Shown here piece by piece: positions 9,795 to 18,334 of a DNA stretch of 64,000 bases. The stretch's first letter is position 1. Each line of letters begins with the position of its first letter. Position numbers and translations under genes: made by a program. This DNA is from a candidate division WOR-3 bacterium (GTDB taxonomy: Bacteria; Hydrothermota; Hydrothermia; LBFQ01). The stretch is taken from the NCBI GenBank assembly GCA_027050205.1, contig JALUCS010000093.1, positions 31,282-95,281 on the forward strand, given 5' to 3'. Under the pieces are notes generated by a model. The model ran no database searches. It saw only the letters and a program-made list of their open reading frames with translations, and was not told the origin of the DNA.

Positions 9795-10466
9795 ATGGGT
9801 TTTCTAAGGGAAGAAGACAGGGCTTATTTGCGTCAAAAGTTCGGGGCGGAGCTGGAGAAACCGGTCGTCTTGCTCTTTTTTAAGAAAAACATCGGGTGCG
9901 ACTACTGTGAGGACGAGGAAAAGCTCCTTAAAGAGGTGGCGGAGCTTTCCGATAAGATAGAGGTGGTGGTGAAGAACGTTGTTACCGACAAGGCGGAGGC
10001 GGAGAAGTACGCCATCCACGACGCCCCTGCCCTCGCCATACTTCAGAAGACGGAGGAGGGCGACCTGATAGACTTCGGGATGAGGTACTTCGGCATACCC
10101 GCCGGCTACGAGTTCTCCGCCCTGATAGAGAGCATCGTCCTCGCCTCCACCGGTCGCTCCGGTCTGTCCCCGGAGATAGAGGAGCAGATAAAGGACATAG
10201 ACAAGGACATAGTCATCTACGTCTTCGTCACGCCAACGTGTCCCTACTGTCCCCGTGCCGTCCTCACCTCCCACCGCTTCGCCGTAGCAAATCCCCACAT
10301 AAAGGGCTATATGATAGAGGCCTTGGAGTACCCCCACTGGGCCGACCAGTACCACGTTCACGCCGTACCCAAGATCGTTATAAACGACATCGTTGAGTTT
10401 GAGGGGGCATATCCGGAACCTTTCTTCGCCGAGAAGATAAGGGAAGCGGCAGCCTTAACTAAGTAA
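9795..10466 (+). CDS. protein disulfide oxidoreductase, glutaredoxin-like with two thioredoxin-fold units (PDO type)
   Basis: 223 aa with CDYC and CPYC redox motifs in two halves; TATAAT at 9779-9784, 11 nt before ATG. Confidence 0.7.
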   Translation: MGFLREEDRAYLRQKFGAELEKPVVLLFFKKNIGCDYCEDEEKLLKEVAELSDKIEVVVKNVVTDKAEAEKYAIHDAPALAILQKTEEGDLIDFGMRYFGIPAGYEFSALIESIVLASTGRSGLSPEIEEQIKDIDKDIVIYVFVTPTCPYCPRAVLTSHRFAVANPHIKGYMIEALEYPHWADQYHVHAVPKIVINDIVEFEGAYPEPFFAEKIREAAALTK

Positions 10467-10481
10467 GAGGAGGTTTAGGCA

Positions 10482-10664
10482 ATGACTTCACCGAGAAGGA
10501 GACAGTCTGCGACGAGAGGGAGGAAGAGGAGGACCCACTGGAAGGTCAGGAGGCCGGCCCTATCCACGTGTCCCTCCTGCGGCAAGCCCAAGCCTCCCCA
10601 CTTCGCCTGTCCCCACTGTGGGTACTACAAGGGGAGGGTGGCCATAGTGGTTGAGATGAAGTGA
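10482..10664 (+). CDS. rpmF: 50S ribosomal protein L32
   Basis: 60 aa, CPSCG...CPHCGYYKGR zinc-ribbon; GAGGAGG SD; upstream of plsX as in the canonical rpmF-plsX arrangement. Confidence 0.85.
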   Translation: MTSPRRRQSATRGRKRRTHWKVRRPALSTCPSCGKPKPPHFACPHCGYYKGRVAIVVEMK

Positions 10665-11653
10665 TGCGGGTCGCCCTGGACGCCTTCGGTACGGACAACG
10701 CCCCGCTACCGGAGATAAGGGGCGCCCTCAAGGTCTTGGAGGAGGAGAGGGATATAGAGGTAGTTTTGGTGGGCGATGAAAGGATAATAAGGGACCACCT
10801 TGACGAGATTCCTCCCCGCCTGCACGTGGTCCACGCCCCTGACAGGGTCTTCCACCACGATAAACCCTCGGAAGTTTTGAAGAAGCGACCCGAATCCTCC
10901 ATGGCCATCGCTATGGACTTGGTAAGGAAAGGGGAAGCCGACGCCTTCATATCCGCTGGCAACACGGGGGCCGTTATGGCCTTCGCCCTAAGGAAGCTGG
11001 GGAGGATCCGGGGGGTCAGGAGGCCGGCCATCGGCGCCCTCTTCCCGAACATAAACGAAGGGAGGACCCTCGTCCTGGACATGGGGGCCAACATCCACGT
11101 CTCCTCCGACATCCTCGTACAGTTCGGCATAATGGGGGCGGCCTTCTACAACGCTCTCTTCCACCGCCACCCGAGGCTCGCCCTCCTAAACATCGGGGAG
11201 GAGGAGGGGAAAGGGGGGGACGTGATAGTCAAGGCGAGGAGAAAGCTTGAGACGATGGATGCCCACTACCGCTTCGTCGGCTACGTTGAGGGCCACGAGA
11301 TCCTTATGGACAAGGCCGACGTGATAGTTATGGACGGCTTCGTGGGGAACGTCCTCCTGAAGTTCGGAGAGAGCGTCCTAAGTATCATCCTTGAGTTCAT
11401 AAAGAGGGAGGTGAAGGGGAATCCGAGGGCCTTGCTCGGTGCGATGCTGCTGAAACCGGCCTTCAAGGCCGTTCGGAAGAAGGCGGACTTTGAGGAGTAC
11501 GGGGGCGCCCCCTTAATAGGCGTGAACGGTATCGTGATAATAGCCCACGGCCGTTCCTCCGCCCGTGCCATACACAACGCCATCCTCGTCGCCCGTACCC
11601 TCCACAACCACAAGCTCTTAGAGAAGACTCGCAGGTACTTGGAGGAGGCCTAA
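10661..11653 (+). CDS. plsX: phosphate acyltransferase PlsX
   Basis: 330 aa; colinear with PlsX family (FISAGNTGA motif), overlaps rpmF stop. Confidence 0.9.
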   Translation: MMRVALDAFGTDNAPLPEIRGALKVLEEERDIEVVLVGDERIIRDHLDEIPPRLHVVHAPDRVFHHDKPSEVLKKRPESSMAIAMDLVRKGEADAFISAGNTGAVMAFALRKLGRIRGVRRPAIGALFPNINEGRTLVLDMGANIHVSSDILVQFGIMGAAFYNALFHRHPRLALLNIGEEEGKGGDVIVKARRKLETMDAHYRFVGYVEGHEILMDKADVIVMDGFVGNVLLKFGESVLSIILEFIKREVKGNPRALLGAMLLKPAFKAVRKKADFEEYGGAPLIGVNGIVIIAHGRSSARAIHNAILVARTLHNHKLLEKTRRYLEEA

Positions 11654-12783
11654 CCGGTATATAGGTCCACGAACTGCTCTATCACCCTGTCCCAGGAGAA
11701 GAGGCGGGAGCGGGCGTAGGCCCTCCTACCCATCTCCAACCTCGTACTTTCGTCTAAAAACATCCTTTCTATGGCCTTAGAGAGGGAGAGGGGGTCGTCG
11801 GGGGGAACGAACAGGGCGGTATCCTCCGTTGCCACCTCGTTGTACCCCGGAATGTCCGTTACGACCACTGGCCTACCGCTGGCGAAGGCCTCAAGTATCA
11901 CTATGCCGAAAGCTTCCCCACCCTTGGCGGGGAAGACGGCGAAGTCGGAGGAGGTGTAGAAGCGGGGGAAGTCCGGGTCTCCCATGGGGACGTTATCGTA
12001 GAGGAGGACGTTGCCGTAGGTAGCCTTGGCCTTCAGGACGGAGTCCCTTAGGGGGCCGTTTCCCACTACCACCAACTTGTACCTCTCCCCGAAGCCCTCC
12101 ATCCTCCGGGATAGAATCCCCCACGCCTCTATCAGGGTATCCACCCCCTTACGGGCGTCCAACCTCCCCACGAAAAGGGCGGTCTTCCTACCGTCAATGA
12201 GGTGGGAGAGGGGGGGGAGGTCCGGCCTGAACACCTCCGTATCTACGGCGTTCGGGACCACCTTAACCCCGGATATGCCGAAGAGTTCCTCCATCTCCCT
12301 AGCCGTGGAGCGGGAGGGAGCGGTTAGGGCGTGGTGAAGCCGTACGAGGGGTGATAGGAGCCTGCCGGTTAGCCGGAAGGTGGCGTTTAACTCCATCCTC
12401 TTGCTGTGGAAGGTACCCACCCGCCTTACGGAGGGGGCTATCTTTGAGACGAAGAGGGCGGAGAGCATGGAGTAGGGGGGGCCGAGAGGCCCCTGATTGT
12501 GGAAGACGGTTATCCCGTACCTCCTTATCACCTCCTTGAACTTCCCATAGACCCTGTGGGGGTGGTCCTTTATGAACCACGTAAAACTCCCGTTAGCGAA
12601 GACCTTGCCCACTCCCCCCACCCTCTCAACGGGAAAGGGGGTTTCGGGTATCCCTTCGTATCCCCCCGTCAGGACGACGGTCTCGTACCCCCTGCGGTGG
12701 AGGTGATAGGCCAGCTCGTAGGCAAACTTGGCTACCCCCGTCTTCAGGGGGAGGAAGCTCTCGGAGAATATGAGGACCCTCAT
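11650..12783 (-). CDS. glycosyltransferase family 4 (GT-B fold)
   Basis: 377 aa; C-terminal EAFGIVILEAFASGRPVV motif (E-x7-E) of GT4 enzymes. Confidence 0.75.
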   Translation of the reverse strand: MRVLIFSESFLPLKTGVAKFAYELAYHLHRRGYETVVLTGGYEGIPETPFPVERVGGVGKVFANGSFTWFIKDHPHRVYGKFKEVIRRYGITVFHNQGPLGPPYSMLSALFVSKIAPSVRRVGTFHSKRMELNATFRLTGRLLSPLVRLHHALTAPSRSTAREMEELFGISGVKVVPNAVDTEVFRPDLPPLSHLIDGRKTALFVGRLDARKGVDTLIEAWGILSRRMEGFGERYKLVVVGNGPLRDSVLKAKATYGNVLLYDNVPMGDPDFPRFYTSSDFAVFPAKGGEAFGIVILEAFASGRPVVVTDIPGYNEVATEDTALFVPPDDPLSLSKAIERMFLDESTRLEMGRRAYARSRLFSWDRVIEQFVDLYTG

Positions 12784-13181
12784 TCGGAGCCGGGGAGGAG
12801 GCGGTTAGGGAGGTTGCCAGATAGGACGTGGATATGTACGTGCATCACCGTTTGGCCCACGGAGGCACCGTTCTTATTGACCACCCTGAAGGAGTCCAGG
12901 TTAAACATCCGGGCTACCTCGCGGATGGCCTTGAATAGCTCGTAGGCCGTCTGCTCGTCCTCTATCTCGTCAAGCCTCTCGTAATGCTCCTTCGGTATTA
13001 CGAGGATATGCACATCGGCCTCCGGGCGTATGGTGTGGAAGGCTATCACCTTCTCGCTCTCGTATACAACGCGGGCCTTCTCCTCTCCCTTCGCTATGCG
13101 GCAGAAGACGCACTCCATCGCCCGGAATTGTAAGCCGGATAAAGGCCCCACCACACCCACCTTTCCACCGTATAATATCAA
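12780..13181 (-). CDS. HIT family hydrolase
   Basis: 133 aa; histidine triad HVHIHVL. Confidence 0.75.
   Translation of the reverse strand: MILYGGKVGVVGPLSGLQFRAMECVFCRIAKGEEKARVVYESEKVIAFHTIRPEADVHILVIPKEHYERLDEIEDEQTAYELFKAIREVARMFNLDSFRVVNKNGASVGQTVMHVHIHVLSGNLPNRLLPGSE
13171..13176 (+). promoter_or_regulatory. -10 box TATAAT of tRNA-Val promoter
   Basis: ccgtataatatcaacctc 15 nt upstream of tRNA-Val; same motif as upstream of tRNA-Asp. Confidence 0.5.
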
Positions 13182-13190
13182 CCTCTAACT

Positions 13191-13264
13191 GGGCGCGTAG
13201 CTCAGGCGGTTAGAGCGCTCGTTTGACATGCGAGAGGTCGGAGGTTCGACTCCTCCCGCGCCCA
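13191..13264 (+). tRNA. tRNA-Val (anticodon GAC)
   Basis: GGGCGCGTAGCTCAGGCGGTTAGAGCGCTCGTTTGACATGCGAGAGGTCGGAGGTTCGACTCCTCCCGCGCCCA; anticodon loop TTGACAT. Confidence 0.85.
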
Positions 13265-13267
13265 CTT

Positions 13268-13289
13268 GGGCCGAAAGGCCCATTTTTTT
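13268..13289 (+). terminator. rho-independent terminator after tRNA-Val
   Basis: GGGCC-GAAA-GGCCC hairpin followed by ATTTTTTTG. Confidence 0.65.
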
Positions 13290-13312
13290 GTTGGTGGAGC
13301 ATAGGAGATGCC

Positions 13313-13395
13313 TTCCAAAATCCGCAAATGGGATTGTAAGAATCTTGAAGTACAACTTACGGTTTATTGAGGTCTGATTTTCAGCTTTTGAAAGG
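13313..13395 (+). repeat. interspersed intergenic repeat, type copy R1 (ttccaaaatccgcaaatgggattgtaagaatcttgaag...cagcttttgaaagg)
   Basis: related copies at 228-279, 5464-5517(-), 13639-13676, 13988-14073, 44971-45078(-), 51013-51113(-); contains AATCC-n7-GGATT inverted arms and near-palindromic AAGAATCTT. Confidence 0.65.
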
Positions 13396-13638
13396 ACAGA
13401 CGATCTTCACATCCCTCCCGGATACAACTTCAGGCGATGGACCCTCCATCGGTATAGGTCGCTTCCCAGTATTCGGCGACTTTGACAACGGCCCCCGATG
13501 ATCCGCCGAAACGGAATTCTCCGTATGATAGGTGCCAAAATCCCAAATCCCGATGAGCGATCTCCCTAAACCCGGCTTCAACTCTCCGGGGTAGGACCCG
13601 GCAATAAACTTCAAAATCTTGCCATCAGCTTGCAGTAA

Positions 13639-13676
13639 TCCCAAAGCGCGATTGTCAGCTTTTCAACTTTTGAAGG
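13639..13676 (+). repeat. partial copy (3-prime part) of the interspersed repeat
   Basis: gattgtcagcttttcaacttttgaaggtgcg matches the terminal gattgt...cagcttttgaaagg part of R1. Confidence 0.4.
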
Positions 13677-13744
13677 TGCGAACGGGAGGAGTACCTGTCG
13701 GCGTAGTGCCGAATTCTTTGACGGAGATTGCGGGAATTTTGAAA

Positions 13745-13860
13745 CGCAATTAATATTTTTTAAAGTCAATTTTGCGGTTTTTAAAACATACCCAAACATC
13801 CATTCATCTTTAATTCACCAAAAGTGCGAGTCTTTACCGATACTACTCAAAATTTGACAT
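13745..13860. other. AT-rich block (candidate DNA unwinding element) in the spacer upstream of dnaA
   Basis: ttaatattttttaaagtcaattttgcggtttttaaaacata... in an otherwise GC-rich genome; nearby DnaA-box-like TGTGGATGG at 13906-13914. Confidence 0.4.
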
Positions 13861-13987
13861 CAGGCGTAATACCAACGGGGAGAGCCTATCCAATTGAGGG
13901 CATTCTGTGGATGGGGTGATATCCATCCTAAGGGAGTCGGCGGTATGAAATTCTCCATATCACAGGAGGGAGGTTTTCCCTGGTCCC

Positions 13988-14073
13988 TTTCAAAATCCGT
14001 TAATGGGAGTATAGGAATCTTGAGGTCCGACTATCATCAAGTTTCCTAAAGTCTGACTTTCAGTTTTTGAAGG
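13988..14073 (+). repeat. interspersed intergenic repeat, copy R2
   Basis: tttcaaaatccgttaatgggagtataggaatcttgagg...ctgactttcagtttttgaagg aligns with R1. Confidence 0.6.
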
Positions 14074-14375
14074 TGCGGTTGGGGTGATGTCGGGTGGAAG
14101 GTAGGCTATCCCTCACCTTCCCGTCCAAAGGTGGGCCGTCCGTTCAAAATTGGCCATAAGGAGTACAAGGACGTTATCAGTGAAATACCGGACGGAGCAT
14201 CACCCTATCGGTGCAATGCCAAATTGAGTTCAAAATTGAGATTTTGCAGAGCAACCAGTAGGCGGAAGGATCCTTCCCACCCCAAACCCTTCAAGGGTAG
14301 TGCAACGTCAGGTATCGGACCGAGAACTTGAGGTGAGACTTACCGACGCCCTCGCCCATCAAGGCCAATGGAACC

Positions 14376-15110
14376 CTATCCCAGGTCCCTCCTCATCTCC
14401 GACCATCCGGCCGTAGCCCTATCCCGTGGGAGGTACAGGACCTTCGTCGGCCTTATATCTACCCCGTAGTCCCGCAGTATCCTGTCCCTTACCTCCTTTA
14501 TCCTCCAGAAGAAGAGTAGCCTCCCGCCATGGGGGGCCGTGGTCCATCTGCCGAGCCGGAGGGGTACCTCCCATTCCTTCACCTCGTTTAGGAGGTTCCC
14601 GTAGAACTCACCGAGGACGGGGTTGTCCCTAAGGAAACCCTGCTCCATCCTTATCAGGGCCTCCGTGAAGGACCTACCCGCATACTTAAGCCTCTCCCAA
14701 GCCTCTGCTTCCACCTCAACTGGTACTTCCAACGTGCCGTAGAAGGCCTCGGTACGGAAGTCCCGAACATCGTACCCTTTCTTCAGGTCTAAGACCTCCA
14801 CCACCACCTTGGAAAGCCCCTCTTCGGGTAGGGGGATACGCTCCGGGACACGTAAGCCCTTCAGTATCGGATACCTCTCAAACACCATTCCGTATACCCG
14901 TTCCGCGAGGGCTTCCATCTCCAACTTCCCGCCGGTCAGGTACCTTCTAACCGCCGCCTCAAGGCTACCGTCCTTCTTAACGAAGTAGAAGACGACGGCG
15001 TCCTTTACAGCCTCCGTCAGGTAATCGCCGGGTACGTAGGGCCTACCGTCCTCGTCCCGTGGGAACGCTCGCCCCTTTGATAGGATCCTCGTCCAAGTCA
15101 GCAGGAACAC
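14376..15110 (-). CDS. hypothetical protein, no confident family
   Basis: 244-aa ORF with coherent thermophile-type composition; R-x5-H (RWTTAPH) and a G-rich PYVPGDYLTEAVK segment vaguely reminiscent of RAMP/HEPN signatures but not diagnostic. Confidence 0.5.
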   Translation of the reverse strand: MFLLTWTRILSKGRAFPRDEDGRPYVPGDYLTEAVKDAVVFYFVKKDGSLEAAVRRYLTGGKLEMEALAERVYGMVFERYPILKGLRVPERIPLPEEGLSKVVVEVLDLKKGYDVRDFRTEAFYGTLEVPVEVEAEAWERLKYAGRSFTEALIRMEQGFLRDNPVLGEFYGNLLNEVKEWEVPLRLGRWTTAPHGGRLLFFWRIKEVRDRILRDYGVDIRPTKVLYLPRDRATAGWSEMRRDLG

Positions 15111-15267
15111 GAACGTATTGTAAGGCCGAAATTATGTGAGATTTTACTGCGAATGTTTGGGCGTAGGGTGGGTAGTCCTGTGATGGGAAGTTTATAAGAA
15201 AGTTTAAGAAAATTTGCATAAATTTTGTCATAAAATTTAAGAATTCTTTCCGTACTCGTAGGGAAGT

Positions 15268-16599
15268 TTGGCCCTTAGCACGGAGACCGTAGGCGGTGGT
15301 CAATTTCCCTCTCTTCCGTACGCCTCCGTTTCACCCCTCAAGTGGTTCAATTTTCGCATAAGCTGTATGGAGTTAGGCTCCTCCGTAGGTTTCCGCTCCC
15401 TCATCCCTGCGTTCCATCCGCAGGATAATATCCAACCCTTGGATAGGACCCTAGTCGGCCTCCTGAAACTGCACAAGTTGGGTTCGCTCCTCGCTTTCGT
15501 GGACGGGGTGGAGGAGAGGGGAAACAGCATAGTCCTGAAGTGTAGGAACGAGATCCTAGCCCGCCTCCTGCAGGAGAGGTTTGCCAACCATATACGGGAC
15601 GTAGAAGCGAGGCTCGGTATAAAGGTGGTGCTAACCTACCCACAGGGGGGGAAGAAGGTCTTCCGGGAGACCTTTGACAACTTCTTCTACGGTAAGGAAA
15701 ACGAGTTCACGGTGGCGGCCCTGCGGAGCGTCGCCCTCGGCGGAGGTTTGGCTTCCTCCGTCTTCTTAACCGCCGAGGCTGGCATGGGCAAGACCCACCT
15801 CCTCAAGGCTACGGCTAACCTCGCCCAGTTCGCCGGTAGGAAGGCCGTATATCTCACCGCCGGCAAGATCATGGAGCGACTGGTGGGGGCTTACAGGAGC
15901 GGTGGGAGGCCGGACTTCTCCAACCTCAAGGATGCCGAGGTCGTCCTGATAGACGACGTCCATACCCTCAAGGGCAAGGTCTTCGCCTTGGAGTTCCTAT
16001 CCCGCCTTATGGATAGGGCCAACTCAACGGGGAGGACGGTGGTCATGGCCTCGGAGATCGGGCCGAAAGGCTTCCGCAAGCCCAAATCCTTCCGCAACAG
16101 GCTTATGTCCAACCTCGTCCTCAAGATCCACCCGTACCCTGCTGCCGTACGGAGGAGGATCCTCCACGCCCGGTTGTCTCTCCACGGGGTGTCCCTACCT
16201 CCGGATTACGAGGGCTACGTCCTTGAGAGGGTCCATAACCCCCGCGCCCTCCTAGGGGTCGCCGTCAGGGTTAGGGCGCATACCGATATTTACGGGACGC
16301 TTCCGGACTTTACCACCTTCCGCAACCTCATATCCGACCTCACCGACGACGATGGAGAGGACGTCTTTTCCCTCTTCGGTGTCAGGGATACCCGGAGGAA
16401 GGGGGCCAACTTCTACCTCGCCGTATATGCTATGAGACTCCTCGGTTTCAAGGCGACGGAGATAGCAGAGAGGGTCGGATGCTCAAGGGCGAGCGTGTAT
16501 AACTACATAAAGCGGGCGAAGGCGATCCTCAAGAACGACCCCGATAAGGCGGAGGAGTTCAACGGTAAGCTGAAGGTGCTTCGGAGGGACCTCCTGTAG
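15268..16599 (+). CDS. dnaA: chromosomal replication initiator protein DnaA (divergent N-terminus)
   Basis: FDNFFYGKENEF..AEAGMGKTHLLKA Walker A, VLIDDVHTL Walker B and box VII match DnaA AAA+ domain III; C-terminal FGVRDTRRKGANFYLAVYAMRLLGFKATEIAERVG matches the DnaA domain IV DNA-binding signature; alternative ATG at 15367. Confidence 0.8.
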   Translation: MALSTETVGGGQFPSLPYASVSPLKWFNFRISCMELGSSVGFRSLIPAFHPQDNIQPLDRTLVGLLKLHKLGSLLAFVDGVEERGNSIVLKCRNEILARLLQERFANHIRDVEARLGIKVVLTYPQGGKKVFRETFDNFFYGKENEFTVAALRSVALGGGLASSVFLTAEAGMGKTHLLKATANLAQFAGRKAVYLTAGKIMERLVGAYRSGGRPDFSNLKDAEVVLIDDVHTLKGKVFALEFLSRLMDRANSTGRTVVMASEIGPKGFRKPKSFRNRLMSNLVLKIHPYPAAVRRRILHARLSLHGVSLPPDYEGYVLERVHNPRALLGVAVRVRAHTDIYGTLPDFTTFRNLISDLTDDDGEDVFSLFGVRDTRRKGANFYLAVYAMRLLGFKATEIAERVGCSRASVYNYIKRAKAILKNDPDKAEEFNGKLKVLRRDLL

Positions 16600-16608
16600 A
16601 ATGCCCAC

Positions 16609-17391
16609 TTGAAGAGGCTGACGGCCGAGGATTTGAAGTCCTACGATGCCATCGTGTGCGATCTGGACGGTGTCATATACAGGGGTAGGCGGGTGATAGA
16701 GGGGAACGTCTCAGTCCTCCTCCGGCTCCAGAGAGAGGGGAAGGTAGTCCGGTTCCTAACCAACAACTCCACCCGCACGCCGGAACATTACGTAGAGAGG
16801 TTGAGGAGCCTCGGTTTTGCCGTAGGGGAGGGGGACGTCATCACGAGCGGTCTGGCTACGGGTATGTACCTCAAGGAGGAGGGGATCTCCAGCGCCTACG
16901 TCGTCGGTTCCCCCGCCCTTAGGGAGGTTTTGAGGCGGTACGGTGTGAGGTTTTCCCCCAAGGGGGCGGAGGTAGTGGTCGTGGGTATGGATCCGCGTTT
17001 CAACTACCGAAAGCTTCGCCGGGCAGCATCCCTCGTGTACTCCGGTGTGAGGTTCGTCGCCACCAACCCCGATACCTCCCTCCCCGTTGAGAACGGTGTC
17101 CTCCCCGGTGCCGGGTCCATGGTGGCGGCTATATCGGCCGCGGCGGGCAGGAATCCCGACGTCATCGTTGGAAAGCCCAACCCGACCATATTCCGTATGG
17201 CTACGAGGGACCTAAAGGAAAAGAGGGTTCTCTTCGTAGGGGACAGGTTGAACACGGACATACTCGGCGGGAACCGGGCCGGCTTGGATACCCTCCTCGT
17301 CCTCACCGGGGTCCACGGCTTAGAGGACGTAGAGCGTCTGGGCATAATCCCCACCTACTACGCCCCCTCCCTCTCCTCCGTACTCAACTGA
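16609..17391 (+). CDS. HAD-IIA family hydrolase (NagD-like)
   Basis: 260 aa, TTG start; CDLDGVIY motif I and VGDRLNTD motif IV. Confidence 0.7.
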   Translation: MKRLTAEDLKSYDAIVCDLDGVIYRGRRVIEGNVSVLLRLQREGKVVRFLTNNSTRTPEHYVERLRSLGFAVGEGDVITSGLATGMYLKEEGISSAYVVGSPALREVLRRYGVRFSPKGAEVVVVGMDPRFNYRKLRRAASLVYSGVRFVATNPDTSLPVENGVLPGAGSMVAAISAAAGRNPDVIVGKPNPTIFRMATRDLKEKRVLFVGDRLNTDILGGNRAGLDTLLVLTGVHGLEDVERLGIIPTYYAPSLSSVLN

Positions 17392-17392
17392 C

Positions 17393-18334
17393 TCACCTTA
17401 TCCCACGCTTCTTCAGTTTCCCCCTCAGCTCCTTTACCTCCCTCTGCCTGTACCGGTCCTTCTCGGCGTTTAGGTACCAGAGGGCCTTATACCACGTACG
17501 GCGGGCCTCCTTCTCCTTTCCGGCTCCATACAGGCTCTCCCCCATGTAGTACAGGGTTTCGGCAACGCACACCTTACAGCCGGGGTTCCTCCGCTTTATG
17601 TCCCGCCTTATCTCGTCGTAGGTCCTGTAGGCCTCGTTATACATACCGGCCTTGAGGTAGGCCTCGGCGAGGATCCACCGAAAGGTGCGGCTCTGCGGGT
17701 ACATGGAGAGGGCCTTAAGGCCGTACTTTATGGCCTTACCCGGCTTGTTGTCAAAGATATACACGTAGACGAGGCCGGCGTAGGCGAGGGGTCTGGCCAG
17801 CACCCCCCGCTTCAGGACGACCTTTATCTTCCCTATCCCCTTACGCTTACGGGAGGAGGAGCGGGTCAGGTACCCGATGGCGTAGTCGTAAAGGCCTATA
17901 GGGAGAAGGGCGTCGTAGACGGTGGTGTCCTCACGGTAGGCCTCCCTGTAGAGGTTGAAGGCCTTGTTTCCGAGGGCGAGAGCCTTCGGGATGTCCCTCC
18001 TCCGGCCGTAGAAGACGGCCCCCATAGCCATGGTCGTGGCCAGGAGCATCTTCTCGCGGGTACTCTTGCGGGGTTTCCTCCCGTAGGCCGATATGAGGGA
18101 GTCCATCAGGGAGACGAACTCCCCGTAGCGGTAGTCGGTGTCGTTGTCGGCCATGTAGAGCTGGAGGTAGGCCAGTTTCAGGACGGACCACAGGAAGGGG
18201 TCCATCTTTCCCTTTAACGCCTTCAGGGACCTCTCAAAATCGGCGAACCTCTCCGTGTATAGGAGATGGGAGAGGGAGTCTATCGCCTTAACCTCGGCTC
18301 CCGTCAGGACGTAGGCCACCAGGAACATGCTCAC
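17393..18334 (-). CDS. hypothetical alpha-helical repeat (TPR-like) protein
   Basis: 313 aa, repeated A/Y/L-rich helical hairpin pattern, basic C-terminus. Confidence 0.4.
   Translation of the reverse strand: MSMFLVAYVLTGAEVKAIDSLSHLLYTERFADFERSLKALKGKMDPFLWSVLKLAYLQLYMADNDTDYRYGEFVSLMDSLISAYGRKPRKSTREKMLLATTMAMGAVFYGRRRDIPKALALGNKAFNLYREAYREDTTVYDALLPIGLYDYAIGYLTRSSSRKRKGIGKIKVVLKRGVLARPLAYAGLVYVYIFDNKPGKAIKYGLKALSMYPQSRTFRWILAEAYLKAGMYNEAYRTYDEIRRDIKRRNPGCKVCVAETLYYMGESLYGAGKEKEARRTWYKALWYLNAEKDRYRQREVKELRGKLKKRGIR

Noticed and set aside
13268-13289. Considered whether the GGGCC-GAAA-GGCCC hairpin was part of tRNA-Val (an extended 3-prime end)
   Set aside because: The tRNA acceptor stem closes at 13264 with discriminator A; the hairpin plus T-run is a separate intrinsic terminator.
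14131-14331. 66-aa ORF (and 13381-13644, 13611-13799 minus-strand ORFs) in the dnaA-upstream spacer
   Set aside because: Short, overlapping the interspersed repeat copies and AT-rich block, no translation signals; treated as chance ORFs in non-coding DNA.
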